Source of the DNA: Lingula anatina
Taxonomy: Eukaryota > Animalia > Brachiopoda
DNA length: 64,000 nucleotides
Direction of reading: 5' to 3'
Assembly (NCBI GenBank): GCA_051362555.1
Contig: CM120643.1
Coordinates: 13,304,644-13,368,643, forward strand
Shown here piece by piece: positions 24,726 through 36,440 of the stretch. The notes under the pieces were generated by a model, which saw only the letters and a list, made by a program, of their open reading frames with translations, was not told the origin of the DNA and did not search any database. The translations under genes were made by a program, and so were the position numbers. Position 1 is the first letter of the stretch. Each line of letters starts with the position of its first letter.

Positions 24726-25373
24726 TTGGTCGCTGTAATGAACAACAAATCCTTAAGAAGTAAGCCTACGAGGTCATTTTTCCCTAGAACTAACAATTCA
24801 GGTAATGCAATTACATTTCTAGTGTTTTTTCTACAATATGTGTAAGGTAAAGATATTTCATAGATATGATTTTTTTAGTCAACAAAGTTCTTATCTTCGC
24901 ATTCAGAGTATTTGTCCAAATATCCGAAATAAAGGTGGGGAATTAAACAAAATGTCTAAGTCTAGTCTCAACTAGAGAATCAAAGTGGCGATACCTCCGC
25001 CCGATATTGTACCACCAAGGAGATAAAGCTCATATTGAGAGATAAAGGGCATATTAAGTATTAATAATATCATTACAATGATAAACATTATCATTCACAT
25101 CGCCCATTTGAGGAGTTACAATAAAATATTGTGTTAACAAACAAAATTTTAATGTTCATAAAAAATAAAAAGTATAAGTAAACATAAAAATAGTAATGAA
25201 GTAAAAATGAAGTAAATAAAAATTTAAAGCCATTGTGTCAGTTAAAATCTAAAAGTTACGAATATAATTGGAATTTCATTTTGATTTTTAAATACAATTT
25301 TTAAGTATCCAAGTCTTTGGAGTTAAAAGAGTTCCATATTTCATTCTAAGTCCATATTGAACCTACACGTATA

Positions 25374-25375
<2 letters not shown>

Positions 25376-25425
<50 letters not shown>
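25376..25425. repeat. (TA)n microsatellite
   Basis: Read directly from the sequence. Confidence 0.95.
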
Positions 25426-25427
<2 letters not shown>

Positions 25428-25429
25428 AT

Positions 25430-26180
25430 TGGCAATAAGAGATTTCACATATTTCTTGATCTGGTGATTTTGCCTGTCTATGGCTGTAGTATCTAGTATG
25501 TCCCTAATCTATTATGGTGTTCATTTAGTGATTAAAAACTAATTTTTCTTAAATTCTCTTTGCTCAAATATTGTTTCCAGTCCAGTTTCTTAAATAGTTC
25601 AACTGATGGATGGTTCTTGCTTTCCTTTTCTGAGATATCGAGAATGATTCTTGCACTATGTTTTTGAAGTTTGTGTATGTCTTCTAGTTTTACGCAGCTG
25701 CTCCATATAATGGAACAGTAATACAAATGAGGTAGTAACTGCGCATTATAAAAGAGTTTTCTTCTTTCCAAAGTGAGATATGGTTTTCGTTTAGATAAAA
25801 GAGATACTACTGTTTCTTCTCTCAAGTTTAGACAGAAAGTCATTCCAGTCAAGGTTTTCATTTATATGCGTGCCTAAGATTTTTTCTGAATGCACATTTT
25901 CTTAAACGTTCCCATCGAACTAAACTTTTAATGAGCTTCCAATTTTTACTAGTTTTGCACGTTTCTGCCTGATTGTGATACACATTGTTTTTGTTATTCG
26001 TATTTGCCACCATATGATTTTCCTTGCACCACTTTGAAACATGTCCCATACTGCTATTTAATTTGGTGTTAATTTAGGTACAGATTGGCAGTGACAGTGA
26101 TTGTAGAATCATCAGCATGCATCGATATTTCCATTCTCAATATGAAGTGGTTAGTCATTAATGAAAAGGATAACGAATAA
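25430..26180 (-). mobile_element. 5'-truncated, decayed CR1/L2-group LINE (reverse transcriptase C-terminal half)
   Basis: The minus strand reads LFVILFIND*PLHIENGNID/HADDSTITV (RT YADD region), then ..WCKENHMVAN.. and RKLFYNAQLLPHLYYCSIIWSS..KLQKHSARIIL..LFKKLDW, with stops and frameshifts. Confidence 0.85.
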
Positions 26181-26194
26181 AGTTGACAATATAT

Positions 26195-27540
26195 GCATGA
26201 CTTCTTATCCAAGTTTAATAGTAACTATTCGTGTATCTCTACTAGTTTTGGAGTACTTCACATTTTATTTTGAAAAAAATTTATAATTGAGCAACGTTAA
26301 GTCGAGCTTTTTGAAATTACACAACCTCTAAACAGTGTGGAAAACAAATAAACCGACGACACAAAGATGAAAGGAGACCCCAAGTGTAACTTCTTACATA
26401 GGTCTACGTAGTTCCTGAAAATCGGCACAAACAAATTTTTTCACATAGAATTAAAATTTTTACAAAATTTTGGCTCATTTGACCTTGATATAAAGGTCAA
26501 GGGCCAAATTCAAGGTCATATTTTAATTATCTTCATATTACTTTCTGTTATATCTCTATAGTGACTTTTCCTATAATCCCTTGAGAGATATTTCGCATTT
26601 AATTTTCCAAAAATTTGACTAAATCGCGTTGTGACGAGCGTCACACCCTGGCAATACAACAGAGCCCAAAATCTAGAGGATTCAAGTTGAGATTATATGT
26701 GACCTAATTTCAAGAGATCTGAGGGATGAGGACACAGGCCCTTAATTGTAGTCTAGGAGGAAAAGCGGTAACGGTGACCTGTACATGACACCAACATGAC
26801 ACGGAGCGGTGTGACAAGAATGGTAGTCTGCTGCAAATCGTGGACCGTTGCCACTTACTTTGTACAGAAGACATTCTTCCCATAAACTAACCCTTTCCAG
26901 CTCTAATCATATGGAACCCCGGACTTGTATATTATTCCATATGATTATAATGGTTGACACACCCGTGCAAATTTACCTATTGACCAGTAGCCCAGCAGCA
27001 CATGGAGAACATCAAGAACATCGAACTAAAGAAGTTTATGAAATACAAAACTGATTTCACTATCAACTGGAAAAAACAAAAGCACCGCTATGTATGGCGC
27101 TATGCCCCCAAAGGTATTGCAATGTGAAGAGTATTTGTTGTGTGCTACAATAATAATATTGTTGTCAAACACCACACAGGAAACATAACCAATATAAATA
27201 TTGTGTAAACATAACGAAAGCCTTGGTTAAAGGGGTCATGTCCCTGTAAAAGCTTAAATAAAGAAGACAATTTTTTCCTGAAAGTTTACCAGATTAATGA
27301 ATTGATACCGAGGTTGACTTGACAAAGATTCGGATAAAGAATTTGAATAGTAAAATAAAGATCAATTGACAGGTTTAACTTTGGAAGAGTTATGATTTTA
27401 TGACTTCTGATTTTATGATTTCTGATTCAAGTTCAATATAGTAACTACCGCTAAATCTTACTAGTTTTGGAAATATAAGGGCTAGAAAATTTTGAAAGTG
27501 CAGTTCATACTGGAAAGTAAGCCAAATGTCAAATTCAAAC
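26195..27540 (+). mobile_element. Degenerate fragments of the Helentron-like element seen at 31680-33291
   Basis: aagtttaatagtaacta..tctctactagttttggag (26212), aaggtcaagggccaaattcaaggtca (26493) and a further unit at 27400-27540. tcaagttgagattatatgtgacctaa..tgtagtctaggaggaaaagcggtaa (26682-26780) matches 33118-33200. Confidence 0.65.
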
Positions 27541-28697
27541 TTGGATTCATGAATTTGGATTTATTTGTTCAACAGAAAACCTCAGTGAAGAAGAATTTCC
27601 CGCTGGTGCTTAATGTATAATTACTAAACTATCACAAAACTACTATACTGCTACCATGTACTAGTACATGGTACATACCTTGTTATTATGTGTCAAGCTT
27701 CCTCGTTCACATAAAAAATCATATACAATATATCAAAGGAATATATCCAAATGTAACAGACTTTTTGTACTGTATTGTTGATCAGTGATTGGCTCACCAA
27801 TTTTATAGAAAATCGTCATTTTCCAAAAGATCCTAACTTTTTAAAGAAAACTTAAACGAATATATCAACGTGTTAAAAGCCGAAATAGTGTATCAGTATG
27901 AGAAATATACTAGTATTTGCACGCCCCTATAAACACATTTCAATTAAAATAGATGTTCTGAACGAATGTGAATTTGGACTTTGGATCCAGCTCACCTGAT
28001 TATAACGTCGGTCGACTACGCGTCTGGATGGCAGCTTGCCAGTGCACCTGTAATAGGAAGTATAGTGAAAAGCATTTAAAATATGCTTAACTAACACAAA
28101 ACGTTTAAAAAAGTAAAATTTATATGAAATATGTAAAACTTTTATAACAGTTCGTAAATTGGCGACCTGAGAAAAGTTTCTATCGCTTAGCCTTCATCCA
28201 CTGAGGATGAACAGCAGCAACGGGGCATTTTAATTTGACTGTTATATGCTGAATGGTCCTGTAAGATAAACGACAGACATGCTTTTTAAAATCAACTTTA
28301 CTTAATTTCATATAAATAAAGTTACCTTTTTGTTTACTGCACCAGGAGCTGTATTTTCTCTCGAACTGTGAATGCGTTGCGAAGTTCGCTGACTATGCAG
28401 TAATAAATTGACAGAGGCATCATATGTTCCCGGACAAGTAGTTCAACAGAGATAACTCCGCCTTCCTGGAAGATACTTGCCACGTGATAACATTTCAGTA
28501 CTGTATTCACCCTTACATTATAAAACAATAATTGGGTCTTATCCCTATTACGGCTGAGTTATAGCCTAACATGGTTGCTTTTATAGAAAAAAAGCTACTA
28601 ATTTTCACAACTTTTTTGGCATTAAATCGAAAGTATGAGTCACTTACTGATAGCAGGGAGGTCAGGTCATAAACCCACGTACTTAAAAATCCGCATA

Positions 28698-28775
28698 CCT
28701 ATAGATCCACGTATTTTTAGATCCAAATACCGATAGATCCATTACAGTATGTATTACTATTAGTGGATATTTGAG

Positions 28776-28806
<31 letters not shown>

Positions 28807-31349
28807 GGGGGGGGGGGGGGGGGGGCTGTGCGAGCAAGGGTAGCGAAAACCAGGGGAAGATACACGAGCAAATATTGAGCAAATTATTGGTTGCAGCCCC
28901 CTCCCCCCGCTTCCGACGGGTCCTTGTAAACAACATAGTTTGTTTGGAAATGCAATTATCGTTAACTTTTACATAATTTAGTAATGTGTAGGTTGGGAGA
29001 TTTTGAATTCTGATCATTGTATCTTAAGACATTGTAAGAAACTTAAACTAATTGTAAAAGTGCACTTGGATAGTTTGGATTGATGATTTAGAACAAAAAT
29101 GGACTGGTAAAATTAAGTCCAGGAAAAATGCAGTTTACCCGGGTGAAATTTGTTTTTTAAGGGAATTTGCGCCTTTTTAGAACTTACCATACCTTTAAGG
29201 TAATAAATATCAGGCTGTAATTAATTCAGATCACTAAGTGGGTCAGTAGGCCTACTCACAGTCAGACAACATGTATGACTCGAAAGCCCCATACGGGGAG
29301 AGCGGGGTGGGTTGGAACGCGGGTAAGTTGGAACATTGGCTTTATTTCTTAAATCACAAGACCGATCATGTGCTCCTTCAGCATAAAAATGTCACGTGGC
29401 ATGGTCATTCATCCGGTAAACTTGTGGAAGTTTCGAAAATGCAGTAAAAGTTTTATGCGAAAAAAACTTATTTTCGCTACTCGAAGTAAGTTTTCATATT
29501 TTTGACATTCATCGTGCTGTAAACTAAAGTATAAGGATTATATCACTGAAATTGTGCATAGCGTTTAGGACCACCTTGATGTTCAAAAGGCTGTTGTTTT
29601 TTTTAATCACTTCCCACGTGTTAAAGAAATACAGTGTCATAAGTAGGCCATGACGTCATGGGGGCTGGTCGGAACATTTGACATGGGGCCAGTTGGAACA
29701 CTGTCAGGGGTGTTCCAACCCACCCCGCACGGTGTTTTTCATTTTTTAAACCTCTCTAAATGTTTTAATTTCAACTTTGAAGAGAGTAGTAACGTAGTAA
29801 CCCAGTACAACTCCAACTGGAGACGGAATCTAGCTGATAGAACATCTCCAAGATGCCGGAATGTACATGCGTGTAGAAGATATAAGGGGGGGGGGGGGGC
29901 ATTGCTTGTTAAATGCAGTTCCTAGTTGTTTGGTCGAAAGGGGTCTGCATGCCCACTGTTGCTTTTTGCGATAAATTGCTTTTAGATGTGGAAGGAAATG
30001 TTGATTATTACTCTGCTTTTCGCGGCAAAATGAAAATATTCTAGCTGAGAGCCTATGTTATGGATAAACTATACAACACCAATTCTGCCGATGTGGTTTT
30101 AAATGTTTTGTGTAATGGATTGGGGGTTGCTGTTAATGTTTAGTGAACGACGGTACAAAATCCGCCAGAAAAGACAAACATTCACCTCGTAACTTAGACA
30201 AAGATTCAGTTGAAATCTCAGTTGCCCTCACCGGAAGAGGTGCTACAGCACACTAAAGCTCACTTAAGAAAAACCCCAAACAGCTCAAGTCCAGCAATAA
30301 TTAGACCCTTTCCAAAGGCTCACCGTCGCATTCCAAAGATTAAAAGAAGAAAACGATGCAGTGCAGTACTAACTGACACACCTGAAAATGAGCTACTCGA
30401 AAAAGAAAAGGCCAAGCCCAACAAAATTAAAAAGGACAAGCGCAACCAAAATAAAAAACAGTTTTAGATTTCTAGTCGATAGAGAAAATCAAGAAAAGGG
30501 AAATTAAAGATGACCAGCGATTCTGAGTCAGAAGAAGAGTGGCCATGTCTGGTTTGTGGGGAGCCGTTCATTAACAGCCGACCAAAAGAGCAATGGGTTA
30601 AATGCATTGTTTGTCTAAAGTGGTCACATGAAGACTGTACAAAGGTTGACCAAGTGTAGGGCCTACATATGTCAGAACTGCGATTTTGATTCTGAGTTGT
30701 TGAGTTAAAAGAGATACAGTTTTCATTTGTAGGTCTAACATACTGTTGTTAATAGGTTGAGTTATATGAGTTCAATTTCTTTTCTCTTAAACTACACCAC
30801 TTTTGTTATCATTATGAAATGAAGTGTAACTGGATATGGTTTATACATCGAAAAGGCTATTTGAAAGCAAATTGTAAACGTAAAAAATGCTTACAAACTA
30901 TGGAGATACGAATACAAAGTAACACGTACTTGTTGGGAAATTAATATAGATAAACCTACTCTTAAAATGAATTATACTTTGAATTTATATGCAAGCGTTC
31001 CAACTCGCCCTCTTGTTCCAACTCACCCCACTGCCTGTTCCAACTGACCCCGCGGGTGGGGTGAGATGGAACGTTTTAGGAGCCAACTTTGAGCATTTAT
31101 TACTCTAAAATAAAAAGACCTACTTGATGTTTTATTTCATAGATAAGTGCGGCATATAATTTTCCCCTATCAGATTTTTTATTTTTGTCCCCAAAGCTTT
31201 GACTGCTGAGATATCGCAAAAAAGGTGAAAACTGTTCCAACCAACCCCGCTCTCCCCTATCTCAAGTTGATATCGGCATTTTAGCCGATTACGATGTCAG
31301 ATCGATGGATCTAGCGGTACCTGGATCTAAAGATACGTGGGTTTATAGG
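28698..31349. mobile_element. Element bounded by 45-bp inverted repeats with modular sub-repeats, interrupted by a pogo-like insertion
   Basis: 28698-28742 versus the reverse complement of 31305-31349 is 39/45 identical; further partial modules at 28669 and 31360-31460. Confidence 0.65.
29294..31257 (+). mobile_element. Internally deleted pogo-like (Tc1/mariner superfamily) DNA transposon retaining the transposase C-terminus with PHD finger
   Basis: TA|CGGGGAGAGCGGGGTGGGTTGGAAC ... GTTCCAACCAACCCCGCTCTCCCC|TA, with many subterminal GTTGGAAC/GTTCCAAC repeats. 30210-30690 reads IRPFPKA..RRKRCSAVLTDTP..CLVCGEPF..QWVKCIVCLKWSHEDCT with stops. Confidence 0.88.
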
Positions 31350-31515
31350 AATCTGTTGGTGGATCTATCGGAACGTAAATTTAAAGAGACATAAATCTAT
31401 TGAGACGTGTATGTATAGAGACGTATCTATTGGGACGAATATTTATTAGGACGTGTACATGTATCTATATGGCGGACCCCAATGGGGGACGCACCAAGCT
31501 GTTCTTCTGCTAATG

Positions 31516-31548
<33 letters not shown>

Positions 31549-31679
31549 GGTCACCACCTCCAGTGTTGTGCTTGACAAGCTATACAAAGTGCAGCAAACT
31601 AAAGTTCTCAATATTTTTGTTCAAAATTACTATTAAAACAAAATTAAAACAAAAGTATGGGTAAAAATAGTTTTATTCC

Positions 31680-33291
31680 AAATTTGTGAAGTGCAGTTCA
31701 TGTCGAAAAGTAGGTCAAAGGTCAATTTCAAGATCACAATTAGATTGCCAGTTCGTGGCTGCATATTCAAGTTCAGTAGTAACTATGGATTTATCTCTGC
31801 TAGTTTTGGAGATATAATGGTTAGAAAAATTGCAAAGTTCAGTTCATGATGATTAGTAGGCCAAAGTCTAATTTTAAGGTCACAGTTACCGGTATATTGT
31901 CAGTACTTCCTATTCAAGTTCAATATTAACTATGGGCGTATCTCTACCAGCTTTGGAGATATAAGGGATAGAAAAGTTGCAAAGTTCAGTTCATGGTGAT
32001 TAATAGGGCATAGGTCAATTTCAAGGTCACATTAAGATTGTCTGTATATGACTGCCTATTCAACTTCAATAGTAACTAGGGCCCTATCTCTGCCACTTTT
32101 GGACTAAAATGTTGCAAAGTTCACGTCATGGTGAAAAGTAGGTCAAAGGTCAATTTCAAGGTCACAGTTAGATTGCCAGTATATGACTTCCTATTCAAGT
32201 TCAATAGTAACCATGGCCCTATCTCTGCAAGTTTTGGAGATCTAAGGGATAGAAAAGTTGCAAGTTCACGTCATGGTGAAAAGTAGGTCAAAGGTCAATT
32301 TCAAGGTCACAGTTAGATTGCCAGTATATGACTTCCTATTCAAGTTCAATAGTAACCATGGCCCTATCTCTGCCACTTTTGAAGATATAATTAACAGAAA
32401 AAAATGTTGCAAAGTTCAGGTCATAGTGAAAAGTAGGTCAAAGGTCAATTTCAAGGTCACAGTTAGATTGCCAGTATATGACTTCCTATTCAACTTCAAT
32501 AGTAACTATCGGCCAGTTTTGGAGATATAAGGGACTGAAATGTAGAGTTACAGTAATGTGCCATAAATTTAGTACAGAAGCATAAAGAAAGTCATTTTGG
32601 TTGAAATTCATGAAATGGGAGGTGCTCAGAAATTCCACATGTTCAAATTTCATGAAATAATGCCATTTTTGACCAGAAGTTGTCTGCCTTGCTAAGCCTT
32701 ATGTTATATTTTCCAGATGTTCAAAATTTTATCCATGTTTTCGTATTGCACATTTTACTTTCACCACCACAATATACTTTTTGATACAGCGTAACTGGAT
32801 CGTAAACTTTATGGAAAACAAAAAAAACTGACACCACCTACAGTGTTGGGTGTGACATGCTCTACAAAATGCAAAAAACAAGAGGTCTCTAGCATTTAGG
32901 ATTCCTGAATAAGAGAGTTTTCAGTTTCAGCATCTTATGGCCGCTACTCCCCTGAAAATGCACCGATTGACCCCAAACTCAGGAATATGAAAGATGACTC
33001 TATGGGTAACACCTGCCCATAATATTATAGGTAAGGTCTGTGTAGTTTCTGAGAATCGGCAGATATATAGCGCCACACCTAGACCCCAGCACCAACAAAG
33101 CCCAAATTTTACTCGGGTCAAGTTGAGATCATATGTGACCTAAATCCAAGAGATGAGTACACAGGTTCGTGTAGTCTAGGAGGAGAAGCGGTAATGGTGA
33201 CTTGGCGGCAGAGACGCAAGAGCCGGCGGAACATGTGGTTTGGGACTAAAACCATGGGTACTGCCAGCGCCTAAACTGGTGGTACAATAAT
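31680..33291 (+). mobile_element. Helentron/HINE-like non-autonomous element with ~146-bp tandem array (~6 units, 31680-32535) and 3' stem-loop
   Basis: Unit gtgaaaagtaggtcaaaggtcaatttcaaggtcacagttagattgccagtatatgacttcctattcaagttcaatagtaac.. at 31996, 32131, 32276 and 32426. Terminal hairpin GTACTGCCAG-cgcctaaa-CTGGTGGTAC followed by AATAAT (33258-33291). The family assignment is inference. Confidence 0.7.
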
Positions 33292-36200
33292 GGATAAATT
33301 CCAGAAAATTATATCTTGTCAGATTACTCTTGGCATACATGTAGTGTAACTTTCCAGAACATTTTAAATTGATATTTTTCTCCATTCAAAAGTTATGCCA
33401 ATTTTGTTTAATGGGTTAAGCAATTTGGTGACACTTTTGGCTGCAACTATAACATATGCATGCATGCAAGACTTTTTCAAAATTTTGTGGTCAACTAGCA
33501 TTCTTGTAAAGTTAATAACTTTTGACTGGCTTGCTTGATTTTCAAAAAATAAAATGTTTTGGAAAGCTCTATCAGAAAATATCAATTTGTCTGATATTAA
33601 TGTTACTTCCAAAGTCGACCTGACCTCCCTGCTGTTAGTTAGCCAGCTGATACAGGTTTGATTGGGATCAAAGGTTTGGTTCAAAAGAGGTGCAGGAATA
33701 GCATAACAATGGGTCCGGTGAAACACACTGACCCACTTACGTCATGCAAACTTCAACTTGTATGAATCTAATGGAGAGCTAACTCTGTTAAGCAAATCCT
33801 CCTCCTCAGCAGGTGTTGTTAAACCAAATATATCTGAACAACAACTTTATTGTAAATATAAAATCCATGTGAAATGTCACAACACCCAAAAGAATCTTGT
33901 AACTAACACTACGAAATAAACCAAACAGCTGGACTGTAGTTACCTGATATCAACAAGATACTATTTAAATAGTTACATCAATCAAAGTCATTATATGATG
34001 TTGTAAATATCCCTGTAACAATGTAAGGAGTACATTTGGCAGTTTTTGAACTCCATGACTGTACAGGTACTACATATGTTGCCCTGCTCACTACAGACAC
34101 TTGTTACAGAAGTGGATTCAAGAAGGGAGGATACCAATAAGCCTGGGTCAACCCTTGCAGGTGAATTAAACCCTCTGCAAACGGGCCTAATAGGAATTGC
34201 CAGATATATGCCCCATGTACCCAGCAGAAAGCTAAATCACTTGCAATGGTCTGAGGGAGAGTACCTCACCCGTCCACCGCTCTTCATATCTGTGACATCC
34301 TGAATCCACTATTGACACAGAGATACCATTCTTTATATTTTTAAAGCCAAGATATATTTTTGTTCTATTGGTCAGATTTTCAAGGAATTTTTAATTTTTA
34401 AACAACACCAGCTGAGATGCCGACTTTTTGTCACAGGTAACTGAATGTATAGCTTATAGTGTGAGTTGGACTCAGTTGCAGTTGGACACTGCAAGTAAAA
34501 AACACTAATAAACCCTTTAAATGTCCTTTTTTTCAAAGCAAAAATCTAGTGGATACATCAATACATATTATACAAGTTTCTTATCTGAAAGACTAGAGCT
34601 GAGCTTGCCTTACTTGTATCATAGGCTACTGGGCTGAGGTATGTAGATGAAAATGTTTCCATAAATTGTAAACAAATCAAGGTGCACAATTAATCTGCAT
34701 TAAACTCTAAATGGATAAACCATCATAAGATCTACATTTCAAAATGAAAGTATAACGAATGAATGGTTTCAATTAATTTCACTACCGGGTTTTCAATTTT
34801 ATCTCTTTTCTCTTCTACTTGTCATCTAATTGTAAATTATTTACATGACAAAATACAGAACTAATTACTATTAAATATCAACTAAGGCAAGAACTGTATC
34901 TGAGCTAAATAAACAATTTGAATATAACAAACCTATTGAAGAAATGAAGAATAACTTGCTCCTATATGTGGAAGCAATGAGTTCTAAAACGATGGATCAT
35001 TTCCCCCTCCCTTCCCCCCTCTCCCTCTCTCTCCTTCTCTCTCTTTCTCTCGCTGGACATTCTTGATATAGTCTTCTGGAGTAACACCCCCTGGATCTCA
35101 AGTAATAAGGAAACAAATCAACCATTGTTTGATTTTTCCAAGTTTCATAATATTAAAAATTCCCTGTCCCACACAGACACTGTTTTTTTTTACTGGTATA
35201 AATACCTTTAAATGAAAACAAAAATATGCCATATCCAATTTATTTCTAGGTCGACATAAACCTATCCCTCTGCACCCCAACCAAATTACAGTACCTATAA
35301 CTTATCAATAAAAAAACCTTAGGCTTACACCAGTAACCCTTCCTTATCAGTACATGAAAATGTAAAAGAAATAATACTTAATGACTTAATATGGCAGTTA
35401 GCATAAGACTTATTACATCAAAATGAATCAAAAAAAAAAAAAAAAGCATCTTACTGGGCATCTATAGTAGTATTCTCTAATACTGTTCAAGAATTAAAAC
35501 AAATTTTGAGACTGGCATATAAACATTTTACAAAATTATTCACACAGCTGAGTAATGTCAGCATTATCATACTGGTTGTCCTTTAATTTTAAATTTAGCC
35601 AATTCTAAATCAGACTGATCATTTTTAATATTTAAGAAACCTCATATTTTACAATAAACAAAAAATTAATATTAAGACCATGCTAAAGTTAAATAATCAG
35701 GAAACTGGGCAAAAACACTTCAACTAATTGAAATTTAATCAATTCTAATTACTGTAAGCAGGATTAATAAATAATCATTTGCAATAATATTGCATCATTG
35801 AAAATGAACAAAAGTAGGCAGCACTGGCATCTCTTAATATTCAAAAATGACTGTTTATACAATGAATATCATAATTTGCTAACTTAAAATAGACTGATGA
35901 TGTCATCCTAAGTAAGGTCAGTCTGAAAATGCATTCAAACCATACTCAACTTGAACCTGTTTTATGTGTATTTACTGGGCAGATGTGACTTAATGTTTAG
36001 CCCAGAACTGTATACACATGGTCTATGAATTAAGTCTTAAGTTAAACTAGATGTGAACACACTTTTAATTTGTAAAGTCAATAACTAAAAAAAATGTCAA
36101 AATTGACAAAAGCAGATAAATAAATTTGATGACATTTTCTTTTATACTTACCCTTTCAACTCTACCACTCATTGAATAAAACAGTATCTAAATAGTTAAA

Positions 36201-36440
36201 CATGGGAGTTTTGATACAAAGCAATGCTAATTGTACATTAAAAAAGCCAACAAAAGGAAATTCATCCATCACTAGAACGTCAATTTTTGAGCAATGCTAT
36301 TTTTTAAATAAGCTTATTTATAACTGTTATACATAATGCAGGTTTAATAGCTACTTTTAAAAACTACCTATCACTAACCTTAATTTACAATTAAACAAGC
36401 TCTAATTTCACTGAACTATAAAATACTAGTTTCTTCATTG

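Noticed and set aside
28777-28825. T30-G18 homopolymer junction and other long poly-G or poly-T runs
   Set aside because: Typical of repeat interiors and prone to sequencing length error; ORFs crossing them (PPPPKKKK) are artefacts.
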